Positions 25,480 to 37,149 of a DNA stretch of 64,000 bases are shown in pieces. The notes under the pieces were generated by a model, which worked only from the letters and a program-made list of their open reading frames with translations, was not told the DNA's origin and made no database searches. The first letter of the stretch is position 1. Every line of letters starts with the position of its first letter. The translations under genes and the position numbers were made by a program. This DNA comes from Octopus sinensis. Lineage: Eukaryota. The stretch covers positions 23,002,001-23,066,000 of the forward strand of contig NC_043009.1 of the NCBI RefSeq assembly GCF_006345805.1, read 5' to 3'.

Positions 25480-25730
25480 GTAAGATGGGTTTTTTTTTTT
25501 TTCTTTATCTTTTATTTGTTTTAGTCATTGCACTGTGGATATACTGGGGCACCAAGGGTTTTTTTTTTGTCAATTTGTTTGTCCCCAGTACTTATTATTT
25601 GGGAGTGGGGTACTTATTCTATCAGTCTCTTTTACCAAACTTTTAAGTTACACGGACATAAACAAACCAGCACAAGTTGTCAACTGGTATGTGGGGACAA
25701 ACACAAATGCTCCCTCTCCCCCACACACGT

Positions 25731-25783
<53 letters not shown>

Positions 25784-27044
25784 TCATTTATAACTGTTCA
25801 ACCCATGCTAGCATGTAAAACTTCTGAGTTTCAGGGGCATAAATAAACCAACACCAGCTGCAAAGTGGTGGGTGGGGAAACACACACACACATACACATG
25901 TATATATATTTATAACTGCTCATGCCCACATGTGAAATAGAAAGGTAAATGATGATGATATATGTATGTGATCAAACCGACTCCTATGAGGCTGCTGTTG
26001 GTCTCCATCATCAAGATTTATATTATGTACTAAAATCTATAAAGAGGAATGTTAAGAGCACCATCCGAGCATGATTTTTGCCTGGGCCGCTGACTGGCTC
26101 CTGTGCCGGTGGCACATAAAAAGCACCATTCGAGTGTGATCATTAGCAGCGTTGCCATACTGGCACTTGTGCTGGTGGCACGTGAACATCAACACTCAAG
26201 CGAGGTTGTTGCCAGTACCGCTGGACTGGCTTCTGTGCAGGTGACACGTAAAAAACACCATTTGAGCGTGGCCGTTGCCAGTACCACCTGACTGGCCCTT
26301 GTACGGTGGCAAGTAAAAGCACCCACTACACTCTTGGAGTAGTTGGCGTTAGGAAGGGCATTCAACTGTAGAAGCTCTGCCAGATCAGATTGGAGCCTGG
26401 TGCAGCCGTCTGGCTCACCAGTCCTCAGTCAAACTATCCAACCCATGCCAGTATGGAAAGCGGACGTTAAAAGATGATGATGATGATGGCGTGATGAGTG
26501 AAAAATCTAATGTTTTTGGAAAGAGCTTTTCTTCAAGCAGAAGTTGGAAGGAGAGAAATCAATGAAAGAGACTACTTAATTTCACTCCTTTCAGTTTTCC
26601 CAAAGAGCTCTGTCCAAAAACTTTGAATTTTCCACTCCTCATGGCAAGGTCAGTGTAATTGTGTGGTAAGAAGATTGTGTCCTAATCACATAGTTCCGGG
26701 TTCAGTTTCACTGTGTGGTACTTTGGGAAAGTGTCTTCTACTATAGCGTCAGGCCAACCAAAGCCTTGTGAGTGGATTTGGTTGGCAGAAACTGAAAGAA
26801 GCCCATAATATGTATATGTGTGTGTATCTTTGTTTCTGTGTCTGTCCCTCCATCACCACTTGGCAACCAGTGTTGGTGTATTTACATCTCTGTAACTTAG
26901 CAGTTCAGCAAAATAGACCAATGAAAGAAGTACCAGGCTTCAACAAATATGTATTGGAGTCAATTCATTTGACTAAAAATTCTTCAAGGCAGTGCCCCAG
27001 CATGGCCACAGTCTATTGACAAACATGTAAGAGAGAGATATCTA

Positions 27045-27250
27045 CAATGGGGTGCTGAAAAGTTCCTGGCTTTGGCTAAAAGAAAATACAGAAGGATCAG
27101 TTAATTATAATTTTATTCAACATATTCCCGTCTCAGATTCACACACTTATTGCAGGGGTCCTTCAATTTCTCTAAGCCCTGTAAAAGAACTTGGAAGATT
27201 GGACCTTCAACCAGCCTTTCATGATAACCTTAAAGCCAGAAACTTTTTAG
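27045..27250. mobile_element. mariner-type MITE
   Basis: GGGGTGCTGAAAAGTTCCTGGCTTT...AAAGCCAGAAACTTTTTAGCAC inverted ends; related sequence at about 41715-41880. Confidence 0.6.
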
Positions 27251-27584
27251 CACTCTTTCCTTCCTCCCTCCCTCCCCCCTTCCTTCCTTCCTTCTTTCCT
27301 TCCTCGCCCTCCCCCTCCCTTCCTTCCTTCCTTCCTTTAAAAGAGGGAGTTAACAAGCCTGAAAAATTATATAATCTTATGAACAATTACTCATCTCGGA
27401 CATTTGACCCTTCAGCTTTCAGATAATTTTTAGACTGACATTGTAGGGTAGGTTTGAGAGGCCAAATCTGACTGCTTTGATCATAAAGCAGGTAGAATAT
27501 TCAGGCCGGTTATGGCTGGTTTAAATGCTAAAGGAGTTAAATGTTTTCAGCCTTTTATATTTTGTCTTTTGTTTTCTTCAATAG

Positions 27585-27809
27585 ATCCGTTACACATTAT
27601 TCTTAAAGGAAGCAGGTCTGCCAGTTCATGAAGCAATTATGTTTTGGCGAAACGAGTACTCCCAGTCGTGTGCCGATGCTAAGACAGCAGGGAGTTGCAA
27701 TCACACCTGGCACAAAGATGAGAAACGCTACGTGTATAACATTCGACATCTCTATGGCTTAGAAGGTTCACGGGTTAACTACAGAGCCCACACTTGTTCT
27801 CACATCCAG
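27585..27809 (+). CDS. PRIM2: PRIM2-like coding exon 4
   Basis: IRYTLFLKEAGLPVHEAIMFWRNEY...RYVYNIRHLYGLEGSRVNYRAHTC matches QYGLFLKGIGL...FWKQEF...[23 protein letters not shown]. 75 codons, AG/GT boundaries. Confidence 0.92.
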
Positions 27810-28562
27810 GTATTAACTCCCTCATTTACCTTCTCACTCTCATTTATACACCTTTCTTTTCCTCTCTCTTTTATTTCTCTTTATCTCATTAAAAAAAAAA
27901 AATTTTTTTCTCACTCAGAATTGCTGAAGCATGGAATAAACTACTTCCATCAGTTGTTAGCAAGTGTTAGGTCACTGCATCTGTCAAAACTTCCATGGCC
28001 CTGAAATTCGCCAACAGTACACCTGATGTCCACCTACCTTTTTTTTTAATGACTCATTCAATGTTCACTTCCTGTGCTGTATACTATGTATTGTTCATGC
28101 TTTATTAGCTTCTTTTTCTGATGAGTTTTAATGCACCTGAGCATTGTATGCAATCAATTCGTTATCATTATTAATAGCTTTGTGGTAAGAAGTTTACTTC
28201 CTGACCACATGGTTGGAGGTTCAGTCCCAATGTGTAGCACTTTGGGTAAATGTCTTCTACTATAGACTTGGGTTGACCAAACCCTTGTGAGTGGATTTGG
28301 TAGATGGAAACGGAAAGAAGCCTGTCATGTGTATGTGTGTGTGTGTTTGTCCCCCACCACTGCTTGACAACCAGTGTTAATGTGTTTACATCCCCATAAC
28401 TTAGTGGTTCAGCAAAAGAGACTGATAGAATAAGTACTAAACTTTAAAAATAAATAAGTACTAAGGTCAGTCAGTTCATTCAAATATAAATTCTTCAAGG
28501 TATTGCCCCAGCATGGCTGCAGTCTAATGACTGAAACAAGTATAAAAAAAAAAAGACTTGTG

Positions 28563-28613
<51 letters not shown>

Positions 28614-29370
28614 CCTCCCTCCCTCTCTCACTCTCATTGTCTTGGCATCTCAAGGTAGTTGTGACCACCCCTGTTGACAAGCCATGTCATTTGTTTCCAG
28701 TCTTCCTTGAAAAACATGCCTGGCCATGAAGAAATATTACCTTCCCTTACAAACAAGTGAAGGTTGGTGACAGGAAGAGCATCTGACCACAGAAAATCTA
28801 CCTCAAGGAATTCTGTTCAATCCATGCAGGCAAAGAAAAGAACAATGGGAAGAAACCTTAACTTGGAACTCGGCACAACAGGAGGAACAATCAGTGGGAA
28901 GGAGCCTTATTGGCATGACAGGGAAGACAAGTTTTTTAACTGAGAATTTGATGGTTCCTTTGTTTTTCCCCTCTATGTCCACCACTGTCCTTTGTTTTCT
29001 GATTTTCTTTTTTTTTACTTGCTTTCCCTTTTCTTTTTCTTTGCTCTTCTCTCTCTTTATTCTTCTCACATTCTGCTGGGTTTTTTTAATTGCTTTTTCC
29101 ATTGTTTTTATACTTTACTTTTTATTTTATTTTCTTTCGCATTTGCTATCTTTTAACTTTTACTTGTTTCAGTCATTAGACTATGGCCATGCTGGGGCAC
29201 CACCTTCAAGTATTTTTTAGTCAAATGAATTGGCCCTAGTACTTTTTTTTAAGCCTGGTATTTATTCTATTGGTCTCCTGCTAAATCACTGGGGTGTAAA
29301 CAAACCAATACCTGTTGTCAGGTGGCGATGAAGGACAAACACACACACACACCTACAGCGCATACACATA

Positions 29371-29581
29371 TACCTTATTTTCCAGCATACAGGTCAAACT
29401 TTTCATATCAAAATTTACAGCCAAAAAATAAGGTAGGCTGGTTTACACCCCACGATGACATTGGAGAACCAAAAATTCCATGGGAAATGTAGCAAGATTT
29501 GGAAAGATAATGCTGTTTGAATGTTTACACTACATGTTTATATTCTATACTATATTGACTTGTATGCCAGAAAATACAGTA
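29371..29581. mobile_element. pogo/Tc1-type MITE
   Basis: Imperfect TIRs TACCTTATTTTCCAGCATACAGGTCAA and TTGACTTGTATGCCAGAAAATACAGTA. Confidence 0.55.
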
Positions 29582-30455
29582 TATAATGAGCTCCTTTCAT
29601 TTTCCATCTTCCAAATTCACTCACAAGACTTTGGTCACCCTGGGGTTATGGTAGAATGTACTTGCTGAAGATGCTCCGCAATGGGACTGAACCTGGAACC
29701 ATGTGTTTGGGAAGCGAACTTCTTATTTCTTTATTGCCCACAAGGGGCTAAACATAGAGGGGACAAACAAGGACAGACAAAGGGATTAAGTTGTTTACAT
29801 TGACCCGAGTGCATAACTGAAGGCGGCGAGCTGGCAGAAACGTTAGCACACCAGACGAAACTGGTACTTTATTTATCGACCCCGAAAGGATGAAAGGCAA
29901 AGTCCATGCTAGCATGGAAAGCGGACGTTAAATGATGATGATGATGATATATATATATATATATGTGACTGCGTGTGTACCGTTGGCGATTTTTTTTTCC
30001 TCCGTCTTCCCTTCTCTGGATCTTTCCTTTTCCCGTGTTTCTGATGTGTTAGCGGTATTTCGTCTGCCGCTACGTTTTGAGTTCAAATTCCGCTGAGGTC
30101 GACTTTGCCTTTCATCCTTTCGGGGTCGATTAAATAAGTACCAGTTACGCCTTAATAAGTACCAGTTACGACTTAATCCATTTGTCTGTCCTTGTTTGTC
30201 CTCTCTGTGTTTAGCCCCTTGTGGGTAGTAAAGAAATTGGTACTTAATTTATCAACCCTGAAAGGATGAAAGCAAAGTCGACCTCAGCAGAATTTGAACT
30301 CAGATGATAATGGCAGATGAAATACTGCTAAGCATTTTGCCCGGTGTGCTAACGTTTCTGCCATTGAAGTGAACTTCTTAAGCTCCATAGAAAATTCGTT
30401 ATTTTACATTGAGCCCAGTTATGATTGTCTTTTATTTCATTTTAATTTCCTTCAG

Positions 30456-31211
30456 GTTGCTACTGATGGTTGTCCCTTTGTAAGTTTTCATGAACAAAAT
30501 TTGAAGAAGTTACTGAAAGAAACTCCTGCAGACATCCAGGAAGACATCAAGAAATTGGTCCAGAAGAAACGTTATTGTGATGCTTGCAGAACATTTGTCG
30601 CTGCCAAATTTGAAAGAGCTTCTCCCGAGGATTGTTCTGTGGCACAAATGGAGAAACCTAAAGTGGAAAAAGTTGAAAACAGTAAAGAGAAATCTTTAAA
30701 TTCTTGCAGAGAAAAGCATCTGCTTTTGAGTAACACGACCGATTTTGATGGTGAGGAAGATGAAAAACAAAACAATGAAGAGCGCCTATGTGAAACTTTG
30801 AATCCTTTATCAGAGGAACTAATTAATTCAAAATCATTATCATCAAATAGCTTATCACCACCATCAAAAATTAGCAAGACTGTTTTAAATGACATCAATC
30901 AATCCCATACACGAATTAATCATTTGTCTTTGTGCTCTTCACATGTGGATGATGTAAACTTGGCAACAAGTTTGGCATCAGCTAAAAAGCTAGAACTAAA
31001 AGACTGTAAATTAGAACCAACAACTTTCTGCCATGAACAAGGTTCATCACAAAATCAAAGATCTGATTTTACCAAACATCAGATGTCTTCAGATATAAAA
31101 ACAGATCAAAGCAAAAATGCAGGACATTGTTTTAATTTGAAGCCAGTTCATTTTTATGAACTGTGCAAACATAGTTTGGAAAAGACAGAATCAAAACCAA
31201 AACTAAATTAG
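30456..31211 (+). CDS. PRIM2: PRIM2-like terminal coding exon (GCPF and DAC cysteines, long insertion, KPVHFY end motif)
   Basis: CTTCAG acceptor. DGCPF...RYCDAC matches HGCPF...HYQVAC. Open to TAG at 31209-31211. Confidence 0.88.
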   Translation, partial: VATDGCPFVSFHEQNLKKLLKETPADIQEDIKKLVQKKRYCDACRTFVAAKFERASPEDCSVAQMEKPKVEKVENSKEKSLNSCREKHLLLSNTTDFDGEEDEKQNNEERLCETLNPLSEELINSKSLSSNSLSPPSKISKTVLNDINQSHTRINHLSLCSSHVDDVNLATSLASAKKLELKDCKLEPTTFCHEQGSSQNQRSDFTKHQMSSDIKTDQSKNAGHCFNLKPVHFYELCKHSLEKTESKPKLN

Positions 31212-31221
31212 AAGAATATTT

Positions 31222-31638
31222 GGATCTTTTCTGTTTGAACGGCAGTTTTTAACTTAATTTCTAGGTAATTAAAAAATTTTAAACTTCGTATACTGGTAGA
31301 ATGTGTTTATAAAACATCTTTTTCTCTTGCCTTTATTGAGAAAATTCTATAGTTTGTAAGATATTTGTTGTTTTTTTTCTTCAATTTCAACCAATCAGTG
31401 ACGTCTATTGAGTTAAAAAGCATTCTGTGCCGTATGAATATGTCCCTCGTTTAAGAAACAGATTGGGTTTATTTACATTTGTGAAGAAAAAAAGATACCC
31501 TTCCTCCACCCCTAACCCTAACTAACCCTAACCCTAAAAGAGATTGAAATGCAATAGATCGATTCTAGGGTCATAATTATGGGTGGCAATTTCATATGAC
31601 ACCACTAGAAAAAACTGCTGTTCAAATCGAAAAGATCC
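31222..31638. mobile_element. Merlin-like MITE with an 8-bp TSD
   Basis: GGATCTTTTC...GAAAAGATCC TIRs, TSD GAATATTT (31214-31221 and 31639-31646). GG termini with an 8-bp TSD are Merlin/IS1016 hallmarks. Confidence 0.8.
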
Positions 31639-31885
31639 GAATATTTTTATATATTTATTTTTAATTGAGTAAATTGAAAGAAAATATGTGAAATGAATTG
31701 TTTGATTGGAGAATCTTAGAGTTTGATGTGAGCTGCAGTGAAAATAGCAGCATCAGTTTGATCTTGTCATGCAGAATGTAATGTACTGGGATGGATAAGT
31801 GTATCAACCCTTTTTGATACTAACCCATCCATGACTATCCTGCTTCAGTGATACAAACTTCCTGTTTGAAAGTGATTTAAATTAA

Positions 31886-32394
31886 CTCCTTGACGCTGGT
31901 ATTACCCGAAGCATGCGAGACACTGCTCTGGTTTTTTTTTTATCTAATGAGGCCACACAAACACACAAGTGCCAACGAGCTCACGTCTATTTACGTTCAC
32001 CGTTACAATAACACAGCGTCGTACATTTACGTTTACCGGTTTATGAAAACGAACTATGTGAAGCTATTTATCATATGATATGCACGAGTTATTCTGCTCA
32101 AGTTCAGAAAATCGCTTGCGTGTGGTACAACTCAAAACACGGTATTATGCATGTAAAGTATCCGCATGTCATTGGTCTACTGCTAGTCTCATGACTTGAA
32201 CGTAACCTAAAATATTTAAGACAGTGAACGTGTGCACCTCAAGAGATAAAGTACACAATAACGAACATAAATACACGTTAGCTGCTAAAAAGTCTGTGAT
32301 AGATGTAGGGCAGCTCTACATTGTATATTTACGTTAACTGTGGGTAGGCAAGCAAAAATGTGATCGCATATTTGCGTCAACCGTTGTCAAGGGG
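31886..32394. mobile_element. piggyBac-like MITE
   Basis: TTAA|CTCCTTGAC...GTCAAGGGG|TTAA. Confidence 0.75.
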
Positions 32395-33668
32395 TTAAAA
32401 ATTTTCATCAAAATTTTATGTTAATTTATGTTCCAAACACCAGTTATTTTGCAAAATTTTTTATTATTTTCAAGATTAATTAAAAGAAAGACTGTGTAAC
32501 AAAAAGGTTGATTTGAGCTGTATGAAAAAAAAATGAAGTCTTTTAAACATGTAAATAACTGAAACATGAACAGAATATTACCAGTTGAAACTTGACCACA
32601 ATGAATGAATTCATCAATGTGTGATAGAATCTGATTTATGGTTAATTTGACTGAAACCAAATTTAAAAAACCAAATTTAAAAAATTTTTTTATGAATAAT
32701 TTTAAAAAGAAATAAAAAAAAAATACATGACAGAATATTATTGATATATCTGAGTATTTTATAAGAATATTAACTAAATTCTCAGTTTCAGTTTATATAA
32801 TTAATAGTTATTTGGTCACTTCACTAGTGCTGGTGTCATAAAAAAAAAAAAAACACCCAGTACACTCTGTAAAAAGTGGTTGGCATTACAAACCAGCTGA
32901 CAGAGTTTGATTCAGTAATCCAGCTCCTTGGATCCTATCAAACCACCCAATTTATACCAGCATGGAAGATGGATTTTAAATGGTGGTGGTGATGATGATG
33001 TTAAGCAAGGATTTTTCCAGTCATTGAATGGAGGAATGCATTGGTGAAATTATAATAGATTTGTACAGAAATCTTGAAGGGCTGTGTTCAAATCCTGCTG
33101 ATGTTGATATATAAAATGCATCCTTTTTGAGCCTGATGGGCTCATAAGGGCTGGTTTCCCATATCCCATGGCGTATATATATTTACCCACTGGATGGGAT
33201 ACTGCTCTGTCACAGAATTACTCATTTTTGCCAGCTGAGTGTACTGGAGCAACATGAAATGAAGTGCTTTGCTCAAGAACACAATGCATTGCTCAGTCAT
33301 GGAGTTGAAACCACAATCTTATGACCATGAGTCCAACATCCTTACCTACTAGGCCACATGCATCCACAAGGTTGATATATACTTTCATTTTATCTTTTGC
33401 AGTTGGAAATTAAATTAATTAGCTGTAATATATTAGAGAGTAGATAGTTTTTGAATTAGTTGGAAAAATTCTTGTCTAATATTCCATTCCTGTGTGAGGG
33501 ACTAATTATTAATTAATTAAGATGAAACTGAGAATTGATTAATATTAATGATATATGAATGACCATTTGTCATTTAAAAAAAAATTTCTTTTTCAGAACA
33601 ATTCTTTTATTGGTTCCAACTATTGGCCATATTGGATTATTGCTTTGATATCTCCAATGAAATATCTC

Positions 33669-33990
33669 TCTATATATAAATGGCAAATGTCTGTCTGTGT
33701 GTACGTGTCCTTTATACAAATCCACAATTTTTCAGTTAGTGGGCTCGCACTTTCTATGGTCATTGAAGACCGTCCAAGGGTGGTCGTGCACATCTTTACA
33801 TTTCCCCAGTCACCTCGCAAGGCCATTAAAAAAATCAATAGAAGTGACTTTTTTGTGAATTTTCTATCCAAAACCCAATCAAGATGCCCGAAACTTGATA
33901 TACCAATTGTGTTGTCCACTGTCTCCTATACTGGGGGTAACACGTTCTTGTCAAGGCACATGGCTGGCTGTGAGTGTTCATGTAATTGAA
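33669..33990 (+). mobile_element. Probable Helitron 5' fragment
   Basis: TCTATATATAAATGGCAAATGTCTGTCTGTG start resembles the other Helitron 5' ends here; no 3' CTAG end seen, extent uncertain. Confidence 0.4.
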
Positions 33991-34239
33991 AAAGCCCAAT
34001 AAGGCTGAAAGCATCTGGTGCTCTTGGTGACTGGTGCTGTGACAATACTAACACATATGCGTGCGCGCGCACACACACTTCTTTCAGTTTCTGGTTACCA
34101 AATCCAGTCACGAAGCTTTGATTGGCCTGAGGCTGTAGTAGAAGGTACTTGCTGAAAGTGCCATGCAGTGGAACTGAACCTGGAACCATGCGGTTGGGAC
34201 GCAAGCTTCTTACCACACAGCCATGCCTATATACATATA

Positions 34240-35400
34240 TTGGGTCATCCCATAAATAATGCGTTTCTTTTTATACTTCTTTTATTTTTCAAAATTAAGA
34301 TAAACAAAGTTTTTTTTTAATCTAAATATATTCTCCTTCCTTTTCTACAATGCTCTTCCATCTAAGACATGCAAGGCCCCTCTTTCAAAATTCATTTGGC
34401 CGTGACAAAAAATACTCCTCCAGTATTGTTCTGACCTTGTCTACAGAATTCATATTTTTTTCCGTCCAAATGATTTTGAAGACTGCAGAGTAAATGATAA
34501 TCAAATGGAGCAATGTCCGGCGAATATGGTGGGTGGAACATCATTTCTCATTCAAACTGCTCCAGCCTTTGGAATGTCATCCTCGCTGTATGTCAGTGAG
34601 CATTATCCTGATGGAAGAACACCTTTCGTCTCGAAACCAAAGATGGTCGTTTTTCTTCTAGCGCTGACTTAAGCCGCTCAAGCTGTTCTCAGTAGATCTT
34701 TGTTATCGTTTGGTTTGGGTTTAAAAGTTCAAAGTGGACTAAACCTTTCCCACCAAACAGATAACAACATCTTACGTGGGTGAAGACCTATAGTCTGGGG
34801 TGTCTGTGTTCCTCCTTTCCCTACCCGCTGTCTTCGGCGCTTGACATTTTTGTAGAGAACCCATTTCTCGTCACCAGTCACTATTTGGTCCAGAAAAGGT
34901 TCATTCGTGAGACGTGACAGCAAAGAAAAGCACACATTCACTCTCTGCGCACAATAAGACTCGGAAAGTTTGCGAGGAACCCATTGACCCAATTTGCTAA
35001 CGTTTGCGATGGCACGCAGGTATTGATTAATGGTTGAATGACCAAATCCAAGCTTCTCTGCTAGTTCCTCAACAATTACGATGGGATTTTATTCACCAGG
35101 GTTTGCAAGGCTCGTCTTCTAGGCTGTAGTTTCGGGCTCGGAATTTCTGGAAACACTGTTGACATTGGCTTGCGCTTATTGCCTAATCCCCATATACTGC
35201 ATTAATCTCACACTTTCCGTTGTGTTGTTGCATTTATTGAACTCATAAAGCAAAATATGACGAACATGCTCCTTTGTCACTTCCATTATAGCTTTGAAAA
35301 AATAACTGTTAAAATCGAACTGCACTCTTCAAAATTTGCACTAAGAATAAAGACAAGGTAAATTTACTACCTGCCTATATAGCAAGTTGATGCAGGTAGT
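34240..35400 (-). mobile_element. Degenerate mariner transposon
   Basis: TA|TTGGGTCATCCCATAAA terminus. Transposase relics FLDQIVTGDEKWVLY...LHPRKMLLSVWW and an HPPYSPD-like segment. The other TIR was not found. Confidence 0.85.
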
Positions 35401-35426
35401 TTATCCCGTCTCCCTCCGACTTTTTA

Positions 35427-36000
35427 TTCATGCAATTGAAAGGAAGATTGTACGATGCCTATGTTCGAACAGCCAAGCTACACGGTAGTGAAACATGGGT
35501 TGTGATCGCTGAGGATATGAGTAGGCTTGACAGAAATAAAGCTAGTATGCTTCGCTGTATGTGTAATGTCAGTGTAAATGCACTACAAAGTGTAAGCGTC
35601 TTGAGAGAAAAGTGGGGCATAAGAGGCATCAGATGTGGTGTGCAAGTGAGCTGACTGTGCTTGTATGGTCGTATGATGCGTATGTACAAGGACAGCTGTA
35701 TGAAGAAATGCCGAACTCTAACGCTGGAGGGAACCTGTGGAAGAGGTAGATTCAGGAAGACATGGGATGAAGTGGTGAAGCATGATCTTCGAACGTTGGG
35801 CCTCACGGATTCAATGACAAGTGACCGAGCTCCTTGCCGATATGTCGTGCTTGAGAAGACCCGTCAAACCAAGTGAGATCGTAATCATGGCCGATGCCGG
35901 TGCTACGTAACTGGCACCCGCTACACTTTTGGAGTGGTTGGTGTTAGGAAAGGTATCCAGCCGTAGAAATGATGCTAAATCAGATTGGAACCTGGTGGTG
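35427..36000 (+). mobile_element. RTE LINE 3' relic (second copy)
   Basis: LKGRLYDAYVRTAKLHGSETW...GRGRFRKTWDEVVKHDL. Confidence 0.85.
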
Positions 36001-36029
36001 GTGGTGGTCTCGCTCAGAGTGAAAGGTAG

Positions 36030-37134
36030 ACTGTGTGATGAATGTGTGTAAACAGCCATGCTACATGACAGTGAAACATGGGCTGTGACTGCTGAGGACA
36101 TGCGTAAGCTCGTAAGGAATGAAGCCAGCATGATCCGAAGGATGTGTAATGTTAGTGTGCATACTCGACAGAGTGTGGGTACCTTGAGAGAAATGTTGGA
36201 CCTAAGAAGCATCAGATGTGGTGTGCAAGAGAGAAGATGCGCTGGTATGGTCATGTGGCAAGAATGGATGAGGACAGCTGTGTGAAAAAGTGTCACACCC
36301 TAGTGGTTGAGGGAACCTGTGGAAGAGGTAGACCCAGGAAGACCTGGAATGAAGTGGTGAAGCACGACCTTCGAACTCTAGGCCTCACCAAGGAAATGAC
36401 CAGATCTTTTGAAATATGCCGTGCGTGAGAACACCCGGCAAGCCAAATGAAACCATAATCTCATGGCCTATGCCAGGGGCGTAACCAGCCTACTTATGCG
36501 TACCTTTTCCTTCTTTAGACACTAAAACTCTGCTTGCGAAGACCTGTTGAGGCAAGTGAAATCAATCAAAAGCAAAATCGAAATCAAAATCAAATTCGAT
36601 GACTGGCGTCCGTGCTGGCAGGGTGCAAAGAGCACCATACGAGCGTGATCATTGACAGAGCGGCCAACCGGCTTCCGTGCCAGTGGCACTTAAAGGGCAC
36701 CATTCGTGCGTGATTTTACCAGCGTCGCCTTCCTGGCACTTGCGCCCGTGCTAGTAGGGTGCCAAGAGCACCATCCGAGCGTGATCGTTGCCAGAGCAGC
36801 CAACTGGCTTCCGTGCCAGCGGCACTTAAAAGGGCACCATTCGATCGTGATCATTACCAACGTCGCCTTACTGGCACCTGTGCTGGTGACATGTGTAAAA
36901 GGATTCGAGCGAGGTCGTTGCCAGTACCGCCTGACTGGCCCCCGTGCCGGTGGCACGTAAAAAGCACCCATTACACTCTCGGAGTGGTTGGCGTTAGGAA
37001 GGGCATCAAGCTGTAGAAACTCTGCAAAATCAAGATTGGAGTCTGGTGCAGCCATCTGGTTCACCAGCCCTCAGTCAAAATCGTCCAACCCATGCTAGCA
37101 TGGAAAGCGGACGTTAAACAATGATGATGATGAG
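36030..37134 (+). mobile_element. RTE LINE 3' end (ORF C-terminus, tandem-repeat 3' UTR, (GAT)n tail)
   Basis: MLHDSETWAVTAED...GRGRPRKTWNEVVKHDL. 3' UTR has repeated GCCAGTGGCAC...AAAGGCACC units and ends GGAAAGCGGACGTTAAACAATGATGATG. Shorter copies at about 22290-22880, 24745-24960(-), 26040-26490 and 49430-49760. Confidence 0.88.
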
Positions 37135-37149
37135 GATATATATATATAT

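Noticed and set aside
31510-31537. Functional link between CCCTAA repeats and the primase-like gene (telomere C-strand synthesis)
   Set aside because: The repeats are internal to a TSD-bounded MITE, so the proximity is probably coincidental.
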